Source of the DNA: Octopus vulgaris
Lineage: Eukaryota
DNA: 64,000 bases
Direction of reading: 5' to 3'
NCBI GenBank assembly: GCA_951406725.2
Contig: OX597817.1
Span: 35,340,001-35,404,000, forward strand
Shown: positions 36,501-50,446 of the stretch, in pieces
How positions within the stretch are numbered: the first letter of the stretch is position 1
Layout of the letters: each line of letters begins with the position of its first letter
Notes under the pieces: generated by a model
Told to the model about the DNA's origin: nothing
What the model saw: the letters and a program-made list of their open reading frames with translations, nothing else
Database searches by the model: none
Made by a program: the position numbers and the translations under genes

Positions 36501-38242
36501 CAATTCACCTCAATGTAAAATGACTTTATAAACCATAGAAAATGATCATAGAATATTCAGTACCTAAAATACGATGATGTATCTATTGTAAGTGCTATAC
36601 TATAATGGTGAAATTTGAGCTCTACACTCAAGTAAATAGTGTAGTCACTGATTAATGAATACAACATATTTATCATTGTCGTCGTCATTGGCGTTTAACG
36701 TCCACTTTCCATGCTAGCATGGGTTGGACGATTTGACTGAGGACTGGTGACCCAGATGGCTGCACCAGGCTCCAATCTTGATCTGGCAGAGTTTCTACAG
36801 CTGGATGCCCTTCCTAACGCCAACCACTTCGAGAGTGTATTGGGTGCTTTTACGTACCACCAGCGTGAGTCTTATATTTTGTAGATTTTGTTACTGCATA
36901 ATAATCTCCAAAGATATTTTATTTTTCATTTGCAGAAAAGTGTTGGAATATTTTCCATTTACATTGGAATTGGTAGCTGTTTGGGATCGCTAGTACTGGC
37001 AAGGTAAGGTATTTGTTTTTCTTTTAAAACAAGATTACCATTCAGGGAGAAATCTCTTAAAGGTATCTTTCTCTGAATGGTCATCTTTCTTCATTTATTT
37101 GTTTCTGCTATTTGACTGCAGACATGCTGGGGCACCACCTTGAAGAATTTCAGTCAAAAGAATCAACCCCTGTATTAACTTTTTAAGCCTGGTACTTATT
37201 CTATCGTTCTCCTTTGCTGAACTGCTAAGTTATAGTGGGGCATTAACATATCAACACTTGTTGTCAAACGGTGGTAGGGGACACACACAGACACACACAC
37301 ACACACAACCACAGACAGACAGACACAGACACACACACACACAAGCACAGACACACACAAATATACACACACAAACACACATCATTATCATCAGCATTTA
37401 ACGTCTGTTTTCCATGCTGGCATGAGTTGGACAGTTTGACTGAAAAATAACTGGTAAGCTGGGGAGCTGCACAAGGTTTCAATCTGATTTGGCAAGGTTT
37501 CTACAGCTGGATGCCCTTCCTAATGCCAATCGCTCCAAGAACATAGCGGGTGCTTTTTATGCGTCACCAGCAAGGGTGCCAGTTATGAAACATCTGCATC
37601 AGCCACAACTACAATCTCGCTTAACTTGACAGGTCTTCTCAAGCATAGTATATTGCCAAAGGTCTTGGTTACTTGTCACTGCCACCGTGAGGCCCAAAAT
37701 TCAGAGGATCCTTTTCATGCGCCATTAACATGAGTACCAGGTATGCAACACTGGCAATGGCCACGACTATGATTTTACTGGGCTTGACGGCACTTTTCAA
37801 GCACAGCATATTGCCCAACGTTTGAAGGCTGCTTTTTACATGCCACTGGCACAAGTGCTAGTTACATGCCACTGGTATTGGCCATGACTATGATCTCACT
37901 TGGCTTGACTGGTCTTCTCAAGCATGTCATAAAGCCAAAAATCTGTCACTTGTTATTGCCTCTTTGAGTCCCAATGTTCAAAGATCATGCTTTATCACCT
38001 CGCCCTAATATATATATAGATACTCTTTTAATTTTTTACTTGTTTCAGTCATTTGACTGCAGCCATGCTGGAGCACCGCCTTTAGTCGAAGAAATCGACC
38101 CCAGGACTTATTCTTTGTAAGCCTAGTACTTATTCTATCGGTCTCTTTTGCCGAACTGCTAAGTTACGGGGATGTAAACACACCAGCATCGGTTGTCAAG
38201 CGATATTGGGGGACAAACACAGACACACAAACATATACATAT

Positions 38243-38273
<31 letters not shown>

Positions 38274-39140
38274 CATATATTTGACGAGCTTCTTTCAGTT
38301 TCCGTCTACCAAATCCACTCACAAGGCTTTGGTTGGCCTGAGGCTATAGTAGAAAACACTTGCCCAAGGTGCCACGCAGTGGGACTGAACCCGGAACCAT
38401 ATGGTTGGTAAGCAAGCTACTTACCACACAGCCACTCCTGCACCTATATGAGATCTTTTATTCTTTTATTTGTTTCAGTCATTTGACTGTGGTTGTGCTG
38501 GAGCACTGCCTTTAGTCGAAGAAATCAACCCCAGGACTTATTCTTTGTAAGTCTAGTACTTATTCTATCCGTCTCTGTTGCTGAACTACTTAGTTATGGA
38601 GAGATAAACACACCAACATCGGTTGTCAAGCAATGGTGGGGGGGACAAACATAGACACACAACACACACACACACACACATATACATACATACGATGAGC
38701 TTCTTTCAGTTTCCATCTACCAAATCCACTCACAAGGCTTTGGTTGGCCTGAGGCTATAGTAGAAGACACTTGCCCCAGATGCATGCTGTGGGACTGAAC
38801 CCGGGGTCATGTGGTTGGTAAGCAAGCTACTTACTTCACAGCCACTCCTACATGATGGGTTTCTTTAAGTTTTCATAGCATCCAAATCTCCTCTGTGTTT
38901 GGCTTACATTCATCATTATCTTTTAATATCCACTTTTCTATGCTTCTATGGATCAGATTGAATTTGTTGAGGCAGTTTTTTGATGTCCAGATGCATTTCC
39001 AACTGTCAACAGTCAATTGTTTCCTAGCAAGATATTTTTTTTCCATAGCTAGACATGTTTTTCACAGAAGACCGGAAATAAAACAACCTCACAGACACAC
39101 ACACACACACACGCATGCACGCACACACGCTCGCACGCAT

Positions 39141-39179
<39 letters not shown>

Positions 39180-42100
39180 GGGCTTCTTTCAATTTCCATC
39201 AACCTAATCCACTCTCAAGGCTTAGGTTGACCTGGGGCTATAGTAGAAAACACGTCCTCAAGGTTCCACACAGTGGGACTGAACCTGGAACCATATCGTT
39301 GGGAAGCAAACTTCCTACCACACAGCCATGCCTAAAGTAGAAAAATAAAGCCAGAGTCATCTACTGTAGAATTTGAACTTAGGTTTGGAAGGCGAGTTGG
39401 TTAGATATTCAATTCAATGCTGCACTATTTTTCTCACCTCATCACCTCTACACATCCAACTCACATTTTTAATACCACTAGTAATGCAAATAGCTTACCT
39501 ATTTTCTCAGTCTCAAGGCAATGTGAACCTTCTGATGCAGAAAACAATTATAGGTCAGCAGTATCAATATTCTCTCAGAATGTCAGTAGTTTATATTTCT
39601 ATTTATTTCCAGTGACAACCATTTGCTAATGGATGTGATGGTATTGACCTGTGTAATATTTATCATAGCTTGCTCCAGTTTTACAGCTGTCAGTTTGGAC
39701 AACTTGAAAGATTGTTGATCAGTGTGTTTTGACAACCTGTCTTAATCTGATGATAATCCAACCTTCATACTGACTGAAATTTACAACATACTTCCTCTGC
39801 ATTAAAATCTTGCAGTATGTGTCAATGAGGGAGCATCTGCATGGTCATAGGTTTCTCAGTTTACTAGGAATACCAGCCAAATCTCATTCATACTGAACTC
39901 TTTCAAAAAAAGAAAGGACACTTTGAATAACATTGTTTGTTCCTTCTTGAGCCACGCCTGGCTCATAAGGGCCGGTTTCCCGGTTTCCTTGGCGCATAGG
40001 TACCCCACCTGGATGGGACGCCGGTCCATCGCAGGTGAGCTGCTAGATGCAGGAAGAAAGAGTGAGAGAAAGTTGTGGCGAAAGAGTCAGCAGAAGTTCG
40101 CCATTACCTTCTGCCGGATCCACGTGGAGCTGAGGTGTTTTCGCTCATAAACACACACATCGCTTGGTCTGAGATTTGAACCCACGATACCTCAACCGCG
40201 AGTCTGCTGCTCTAACCACTAGGCCATGTTCCTCCACTTTGAATAACATAGTTCTAGATGCACTGTGTCTGGCAAAAGGGAAAAAATGAAAGACTGAATT
40301 ATTATACTGGAGTGCCAAATTGCTCTCATACATAGTCATGTCATTAAAAAAAAAAAGAAAACTTGAATAATGTGGTTCTAGATATACACTGTCTTAAAAA
40401 AAGACAGGTGAGGTGGTCATGGTTGGAATATCAAATTTTCTTCAAATCACACCCAACAGTTTTAAAAAATGGTAAGGATGTATTGTATAATGTTGTCTTA
40501 GATTTACTGTGCCTTGGGAATGAAAACTGGCTTGGTCAAGGCTGGAATGACTTTGACCAAAGATTAACTCAATTGGAGCTTACTTGGAGTTAAGCAAGAA
40601 TAACTGTGGTAGGACCAGCCAAGATAAACTGCTATACAATTGAATAACTGATGGGAGAAAAATAGTAGGTGCAGGCATGGATGGATAGTAAGAAGTTTGC
40701 TTCCGAACCACATGGTTTTAAGTTCAGGCCCAAGATTGTGCTTGAAAGAATCACAAGTCAGATTCCCCAAGTTGAGCCAGCTGGAAGAGATCTGGAGGTA
40801 GACCATGAATGAGATGGTTGGATAGTATCCTTAGTCTCAGTTGGTCATGCTTGGGGGTCCAGCAAGAAAGTTTAACGATGGCTTGTTTTTGACAGGATCC
40901 TATGGAAGAGGAGTCTGAAGATTCTATCTTCACAACTTTTCAAGAATAGTGAGCAGTGGAAATGGATGGATGGAAGATTGTGCATGTATCCATGAGCTTC
41001 AAAAGACTTGTAAAGGCTAGGCCTTAGATGCAATGTTAAGATGAAAAAGCTGTTACTTATCTTTAATGCTTTAGTGTTTAGTGGATGAAGGATAAATTCA
41101 CTGCTTGCTAACTACAGACAGGATTTGAATGTATTCTGATATTTCTTCGCAGAAGTTGGGTGAACTGAGTTATATAAGTGTCTCAATTCATAGTTATGAA
41201 CTTCTAACAATCGATTTGAATTAGGATCCTATAAGTAGGTTGGTTAATACCATAACTGCTGTCTTCCTAGCAGACTGCACCCTCCTATTTTGTTTCTACA
41301 ACTACTGCAATGGTCTACGTACTTCTGAACCTACTAACAATTATAGAATAATGTAGAAAAAAACACAGGCAAGGAAGAGAAGCTTGGAATTTAAATTAAA
41401 TATAATTAAATATAGAATACAGAAATGAGTGAGTTTGGTCTTGGACAGTGCAACGACAACGCTAAATATATTTCAGTATTATTGGTTCATCTGTTGTTGC
41501 AAGAATTTAGTAACTAGATAGGATTTTTGGCATAACGCTCTCATCCAAACTGACAAGATGCATCATCATAGTCCAGTCTGTTTTTCAACCACAAGACAGA
41601 CTATCAAATATTTTCCCCAACTCACCTCCCCAGATTTCTCCCTGTCTACGATCTTCTATACAGTTACTTGACCATCTGAAAATTGCAGTTAAATCTCCTT
41701 CAGATCACACTCAGTTATCTTTAAATTGGAAGGGCTTATTAGATGACATAGTCAGAGATTAACTGACTGTCAAGACAGGATAGTTTTAGATTACAGATAA
41801 AAATGCATTTGATTGTGTATCTGCTTAGCAAAGTCTAACCTGGGGTTAAGCAACAATTTCTCTCAGAAATAACCATTAAAGAACAAACAAAATAAGGTAA
41901 ATAAACCTCATCAACCTCACTAGTTATGGAGTGAAGGGAGATATCAAGGACACTGAACACTTTCAGTAACTAATATTTTAAGAGGAATTCCATGTTGTCT
42001 TTTTCTTCTCTAGTATCAATAAAAATATGAACTAGAAAGTTCTTTCAATCAACTATACAAATATTGACCTTTCAAAAACGTGTCTTAAGCCTAACCGGAA

Positions 42101-44256
42101 AAAGTCAATAGGAGGAAGTTTTGAGCTAATAGAGAAGACAACTGAGATGGCAATACATTGAGCTAAATGCTGTATTTAGTTTTGTCCCTTGTACTTCTAA
42201 GATAAAATCTGCTGAAGTCTGGCATTTTCTATCAGCTATTCGAGTGTGGTGGTGGAGTCAAAAGCATTTACTTATTGTTGTTATGTTTTGGTCCCAGGTC
42301 ACCATGACAGGTTTTCTAGCCATGACTATGTTTATTTGGAACTACATTATGGTCTTCTACAGTTAAAAAAAATTTACAGAAGAGTATGATTTGAATGAGA
42401 TTTGGTTACTATCTTTCACTCTAGCCACTATTATATACATCTGGCTTCCATTTCTGTCCCTGTACATCTCTCTCTCTCCCACCCTGAACAGTATCTCCTT
42501 ATTTTTTGATCTGTCTGCAGGCTTATTATGTGGCTGCTCTCTACCCTTCCTGTACTGCCACATGTCACCTTTTCATTCTTAAACTATTTCTTTTACCTTC
42601 TCCTCCACATAGATATTTACCATCAACTACATCTCAACTCTTGTACATCATTCACTACGTTAACCTCTAACCCATCTCTAACCACTTATCACTATTCTTG
42701 CACTCCTATAAATCTATCTACCTATCCTTCTTGATCTATCCATATTCATTCTTATACTCACCTTCTTATACCTTGAGAGCATACTCTGACACTTTGTCAC
42801 CAACATCTTTATTTTCTTTCTACCTACTTTCTCTCACTCCTATATAATGTAATGTAGCCATGTATTTCTTCTATAACAAGACATCTTGCTTGTCCCTCTA
42901 TCATAAATTTGCCTCTCATCACTTGGCATAAAGCCACTTCTCCCTCTATTACAATCTTCCATAGGGGCCATGGAATTGGTTCTTGAAACGAAGCGGGAAC
43001 TAGGCTATTGGAGTTCTGTGATGTGAGGACCAAAGAACTGAAGTATTTCGGATTGCAAGACAGTGTGTTGGAGAGAATTGTGATGTCACAGGAGAGAAAT
43101 GTGTCCTCATGGATGATGGTGCACTTGCATTTAATGATTCTGCAAAGAAATAGGCTTGGAGATGCCATTATGAAAGACTGCTGAATATGGAGAATGAATG
43201 GGCAGAGGAGAGCCTGCCAAATGTTGACCCAGTAGAGGGACCAGCTACCCAAATCAATAGCACCCTGGTAGATAAAGCAATTAAGGATATGAAGTCAGGG
43301 AATGCTGTGATTGAGAAGACCTGGCAAGTAAAGTGAGATCACAGCTGTAACCTATACCAGTGTCGCATAACCAGTTCATTTAAATGTACCCTTGAATCAT
43401 CTGGCAATATGCTGCACTTGAGAAGACCTATTTTATTTTTATTTTATTTTATCTAGTTTCAGCTCACGAGCTGTGGCCATGCTGGGGCATGAGTCAAGTA
43501 AAATCAAAATCAAAAATCAAAAATCAGAATCAAAAGCAGATCAAGACTGAAATCAAAATAGCAATTGTAGTTGTGGCTGATGCCAGTGCCACCTGACTGG
43601 CACCTGTGCTGGTGGCACATAATAAGCACCATTCAAGTGTAGGTTGATGCCAGTGCCGCCTGACTGGCTCCCTGTGCCAGTGGCATGTAAAAAGTACCAT
43701 CCGAACGTGGTTGATGCCAGCACCCCCCTCCTACTGGCTTCTGTGCTGGTGGTACATAAAAAGCACCATCCGAATGTGGTCTATGCCAGTGCTGCCTGAC
43801 TGGCTCCTGTGCTGGTAGCACGTAAAAAGCACCCACTACTCTCTTGGAGTGGTTGGCATTAGGAAGGGCATCCAGCTGTAGAAACCTTGCCAGATCAGAT
43901 TGGAGCCTGGCGCAGCCTACTGGCTTGCCAGTCCCCAGTCAAACTGTCCAAACCATGCTAGCATGGAAAACGGACATTAAACAATGATGATGATGATGAT
44001 AAAATATATATTTATATATATATGTATATCTATGTGGGTGTGTCTTTGTGTCTGTTTGGTCTCCCACCATCACTTGACAACCAATGTTGGTGTGTTTACG
44101 TCCCTGAAACTTAGCAGTTCAGCAAATGAGACTGATAGAATAAATATTAGGCTTACAAAGAATAAATCCTGGGATCGATTTCTTCAACTAAAACCCTTCA
44201 AGATGGTGCTACTGCATGGCTGCAGTCAAATGACTGAAACAAGTAAAATAATGAAA

Positions 44257-44295
<39 letters not shown>

Positions 44296-44453
44296 ATCAT
44301 CATCATCATCATCATCGTTTAATGTCCGTTTTCCATGCTAGTATGGGTTGGATGGTTTGACCGGGGTCTGGGAAGCCAGGAGGCTGCACCAGGCTCCAGT
44401 CTGATCTGGCAGTGTTTCTACAGCTGGATGCCCTTCCTAACGCCAAATACCTT

Positions 44454-44518
<65 letters not shown>

Positions 44519-45133
44519 ATGTTAAACGATCATGATGATGATGATGATGATGATAATGGTATGTATTCTTGTGTTTGTCACTGGTATTTTTCTTTTCCAT
44601 CATCTCAGTAATTTTTGGCCTAATACAGTTTTATTTTATATAATACCCACAGGTTAGCAGACATGTTTGTGAACTACACTAGAATATTTCTCTTAGCTCT
44701 CATTACAATCTCCATTGGACTGCTGACATGGTTCCAGTTGATGTATGAAAATGTCCTCCACATCACAGATGGTGAGTGGATATCTCTCTACTTAATTTTT
44801 CTTGTCTTTGTCATAAAAAAAAATGATATACAATTGATAATTCAAATATGAATAATTAGTCTTTAAACATAATGTAACTGAACTATCGTTGGTCTTAAAC
44901 TTTTTGTACAAGAAAATGAAAGAGTTAATCTCTTTCAAAAGATATGTAAATTTCTGTTTATTGAGATTACAGTGTTTTTTTTTTTACACAATTTTAAATA
45001 ACATTTATTTATTTATTTCAGTCCTTAACAGGACTGAAAAGTCACCTCCATACTGCTCATGTTTATAAAAACAATCAAGTAAAGGCAATGATCGAAATTG
45101 AGTTGCAGTCATTGTGTGTGTATGTATATATGC

Positions 45134-45164
<31 letters not shown>

Positions 45165-46610
45165 TGTATGTATCTATGTTTATGTGTATGTGTGTGTGTG
45201 TGTGTGTGTGTGCATGTATGTATCTATGTTTATGTGTATGTGTGTGTGTGTGTGTGTGTGTGCATGTATGTATCTATGTTTATGTGTATGTGTGTGTGTG
45301 TGTGTGTCCAAGTGTGTGTATTTGCTTATATACTGTATGTGAGTGTATGCATATCACTATAGTGGTACAGTAGATGTTATACTAATAATCTCTGCAAACT
45401 CTGCACCCACACAAAAAAGCATAATTTTTAAATGACTTCATAACAGACATAAGTCACACTACAAATTTTTCCTGTTGCCCGTTTTCCCTCACCACTAACA
45501 ATGACCTGTATATCTATATACATGAATGTATCTGTTAGTGTACTTCTGTGTTGCTTCTTTTATTCCGTTCATTAAATGTTTACTTCCATGATTATTAATA
45601 GTTGTGAATCCATCAAACATTACCCCCATGTCTTTTTTTAAAATTCTTATCATGAGTTGCATCCATTGTATTTTATTTCTCTTTTGATTTTGAGAAAGGA
45701 AATTACAGAGCTGATGAACCAGGTCATGTAAACTAATTATCTCCCTCATCAACTGATAAGGAACATAATTAGCCTATATGCGATGTATTTTGGATTTGTG
45801 GTAGGAAAGAATCTCTTGTTTCATGTTTACAAAGGCGCAAAGCCTACAGATGTGTAAAGTCAATAATGTCATTGAATGTAGCTCAGCAACTTTTAGAGAA
45901 GTGTGAATGTAAACAAACATGCAAGTGAATATATATATATTTATGCAGCTGAAGATTGCTCTACATTTTAAAATTGATGTAATATTTGCATTGTTCAATT
46001 AAATGGAGTCGCATGACACGATTGTACTGCATTACCTCTGGATATTCTTGTTGCTTATTTTGATTGTAAACACCCCATTTTGAATTATATGGATAATACC
46101 ATACAAAACTCTGGTGCCTTTAACTTAAGTACCATATTCAACTGAATCTAAATTTTACTGAACGGAGTGGTTGGTGTTAGGAAAGGTATCCAGCTGTAGA
46201 AACACTGCCAGATCAGACTGGAGACTGGTGCAACCTCCAGGCTTTCCAGACTCTGGTCGAACTGTCCAACCCATGCTAGCATGGAAAACGGACGTTAAAC
46301 GACGATGATGATGATGATGATGATGGATGTTTGATTTTAATCACTCTCGGTACATGTCCTCAGATTGCCCTGTCCTCAGATTGACACCCAAACACTCTGA
46401 AATGTTTGTATTGGAGCTTCAGAGGCAAATGCCAAGCAGTACAGCATGTCATTTTCAAATTCTTGGCCAAGTGAATTGCATCATGGTACTATTTTTCTCG
46501 GACAGTGCCCAACTGACCCTACTATACTGTGTGGTCGACAAAATCAAAAACAAACAATGCACATGCATGAAATTAAAAATATTGAAAGGCGACTATTTAC
46601 CCATCGCACC

Positions 46611-46650
<40 letters not shown>

Positions 46651-49216
46651 CTCCACACACACACATACATCTTCCTAATGAGACACTTGCAAGAGGAATA
46701 TGTAGCATGGAGTATGCTGCCACACCTAGCATTCTTTGATGTGTAGAATTTTCTTCGACAGTGTTCCACAAAATAACAAATTTGATGGCAAACAAAAATT
46801 TGATTTTCCTCTAAGCATGTAAATTTTTTCTTGAAATTAATTCTTAATTGTTTGAAATTATATTCCCCTTGCTTTAAGTATTGCCAATAATTACTCTAGA
46901 TTTGGTTTCGTTTCTTCAACTAAGAATGAAGTCTCAATTAATTGAAATTCTTCTTTTTTTTTGCGTACATTAATCAGCCGGTGGCACGTAAAAGCACCCA
47001 CTACGCTCTCGGAGTGGTTGGCGTTAGGAAGGGCATCCAGCTGTAGAAACTCTGTCTGATCAGATTGGCGCCTGGTGCAGCCATCTGGTTCGCCAGTCCT
47101 CAGTCAAATCGTCCAACCCATGCTAGCATGGAAAGCGGACGTTAAACAGTGATGATGATGTTTCAATATTGTGGACTATGGCTCAGTGGTTAGAGCGTCG
47201 AGCTTACGATCGTGAGGTTGTGAGCTCGAATCCCGGACCGGGCTGCGTGTTATGTTCTTGAGCAAGGCACTTTATTTCACGTTGCTCCAGTTCACTCAGC
47301 TGTAGAAATGAGTTGCAACGTCACTGGTGCCAAGCTGTATCGACCTTTGTCTTTCCCTTGGATAATATTGGTGGCATGGAGAGGGGAGGCTAGTATGCAT
47401 GGGCGACTGCTGGTCTTCCATAAACAACCTTGCCCGGACTTGTGTCTAGGAGGGTAACTTTCTAGGTGCAATCCCATGGTCATTCATGACCGAAGGGGGT
47501 CTTTACCCTTTACCCTTGTCTTAAACAGCAGATGAGGATTTCACAATTTCTTGCTGAATAATTTGTGCCTATGATTTGTTTATATTAATGAAACATTTGT
47601 GTTGTTCATTACTCTTTTACATGTTTCAGTCATTTGACTGTGGCCATGCTGGAGCACCGCCTATAGTTGAGCAAATCGACCCCAGGACTTAGTCTTTGTA
47701 AGCCTAGTACTTATTCTATCGGTCTCTTTTGCTGAACCGCTAAGTTACGGGGACGTAAACACACCAGCATCGGTTGTCAAGCGATGTTGGGGAGACAAAC
47801 ACAGACACACAAACATATACACACACATACACATATATATACGACAGGCTTCTTTCAGTTTCCGTCTACCAAATCCACTCACAAGGCTTTGGTCAGCCCA
47901 AGGCTATAGTAGAAGACACTTACCCAAGGTGCCACGCAGTGGGACTGAACTTTCTCCATCAAATCAAAATTGCCTGTACAGGTGCCTGGTGTGCCACATG
48001 CCAGCTGTTGAAGTGATAACAGAGCAATGAGAAATGAAGTGTTTTGCTCAAGAATACGATGCATTACGCAGCCCAGAAACCAAAGCCATCATCTCATGAT
48101 TGTCAATGCAACACACTAACTATTAGATCACATGCGTTCTTTTCCAGTATATCACCACTTATTTATTAATTACTATTTGACTTCTTTTTCTTTTTAACTT
48201 GACTTTTCTGTTTTCTTCTCTTATTTTCAGTTCAGCTGACCTTGTCAATAACCCTTTCTATGATATTCCTCACATCTATCTACCCAATCCTTTATGAAAT
48301 GAGTTCTGAGGCAGCATTCCCTATTGCAGAAGGAGTCACTAATGGAGTTTTAAATCTGCTTGCCAATGCTGTGTCTTTGGTTTTCTTGTTAATTCTCATG
48401 ATACCTAATATTGGTAAGTTCTAAAGCACCCCCCACCCTTTAGCCATGAATGACCTTGGGATTGCACCTAGAAAGAAATGAAGTGAGTGTGCTCTGTTAG
48501 ATGTGCTATGTAAGTGTGCATGAAAGACAGTATAAAGGTATAAAGGCGGCGAGCTGGCAGAAATGTTAGCACGCCGGGCGAAATGCATAGCTGTATTTTG
48601 TCTGCCGTTACGTTCTGAGTTCAAATTCCGCCAAGGTCAACTTTGCCTTTCATCCTTTCGGGGTCGATAAATTAAGAACCAGTTAACTCACTGGGGTTGA
48701 TGTAATTGACTTAATCCCTTTGTCTGTCCTTGTTTGTCCCTTCTATGTCTAGCCCCTTGTGGGCAATAAAGAAATAAGTATAAAGGTACTGAGTGAAAAA
48801 CTGGGCATAAGAGGAACCAGATGTAGTTTGCATAAAAGAAGACTGCATTGGTACAAGTGGATGGAACTTGCGGAAGAGGGAAATTCAGGAAAGCATGGGA
48901 AGGCTTGATTGCAAGACCTTGAGTCTCATGGAGATGATGGAGGACTGAGATGACTCATGATATGTTCTTGAGAAAACCTACCCGTATCAGTGAAACCGAA
49001 TTCCGGTAGAGTGGTGTGTGCATGTGTGTGTGTATGTGTGTGTGTGTGTGTGTGTGTTTTATTCAGGTATTTCAGTGTAACTATTACTCATTACTCTCTT
49101 CCGGTAGAGTGGTGTGTGTGTGTGTGTGTGTGTATGTGTGCGTGTGCTTGCATATGTATGATTTATTCAGGTATTTGAGTGCAACTATTACTCATTACTC
49201 TCTTCCGGTAGAGTGG

Positions 49217-49256
<40 letters not shown>

Positions 49257-49373
49257 CTTGCATATGTATGATTTATTCAGGTATTTGAGTAACTATTACC
49301 CATTACTCTCTTCCGGTAGAGTGGTGTGTGTGTGTGTGTGTGTATGTGTGTGTGTGTGTCTATGTGTGTGTAT

Positions 49374-49412
<39 letters not shown>

Positions 49413-49590
49413 ATTCAGGTATTTGAGTGTAACTATTACTCATTACTCTCTTCCGGTAGAGTGGTGTATGTGTTTGTGTGTGTGTCTATGTGTGTGTGTT
49501 TGTGTGTGTGTGTGCTTGCATATGTATGATTTATTCAGGTATTTGAGTGCAACTATTACTCATTACTCTCTTCCGGTAGAGTGGTGTATG

Positions 49591-49638
<48 letters not shown>

Positions 49639-50408
49639 TGCATATGTATGATTTATTCAGGTATTTGAGTGTAACTATTACTCATTACTCTCTTCATCAT
49701 CATCATCATCATCGTTATTGTTTAACGTCCGTCTTCCATGCACGCAGGGGTGGGATTGACCACAAGAGCCAGCCAGGCCGAAGCCTGCACCAGACTTCTG
49801 TGACCGTTTTGGCAGTCTCTTGTTTACTTATAATTGTTAGACAAATGAGAGATAATGGTGATATGCTTACACATTTGTAGACTGAGAAATCAAAGTAATT
49901 AAGCACAGGTATTCCTCTCCTTGGCAGCATAACCTCTACCGCTTCAACTTCTCCTTCTTACCTGACCTTTTTTGACCATAAATGTTAGTGATGTTCCTCT
50001 ATATTATTGACCTGGACAGTGACGGATTCATAATCCTAAAATATTTTCTTGACCATCAGACTATGCTCAAGTCCAGCACCTCTACTCTTCTCTACCTTAC
50101 TTGACTCAACCTTACTTTCAGTTTTTTTTCCTTTTCTGCAGACTTCTTCCAGTAGGTTACTGGGGGGGCTATGGGCACCATGATGGGCTCTAACTATCCT
50201 AGCTGTACTTGTTCCTCCAAGAACCTCATCTATTGCAAAATATATCATCTCTGCATCTTAGTTGATATTGGGGAAACAGCTGAAGCGCTGGCTAATTATA
50301 TTGTAGAAACGTTGCCAGATAAGACCGGAGCCTGGTGCAGCCTTCTGGCTTCCCAGATCCCCGGTCGAACCGTCTAACCCATGCTAGCATGGAGAACAGA
50401 CATTAAAC

Positions 50409-50446
<38 letters not shown>

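Noticed and set aside
47172-47250. tRNA gene (also the heads at 12118, 40160-40234 and 58420)
   Set aside because: The A/B boxes continue into multi-copy SINE bodies with tails and TSDs, and I could not build a complete cloverleaf.
49001-49694. CRISPR array
   Set aside because: The spacers are only (TG)n microsatellite, the repeats are 55-68 bp, there are no cas genes, and the context is a eukaryotic intron.
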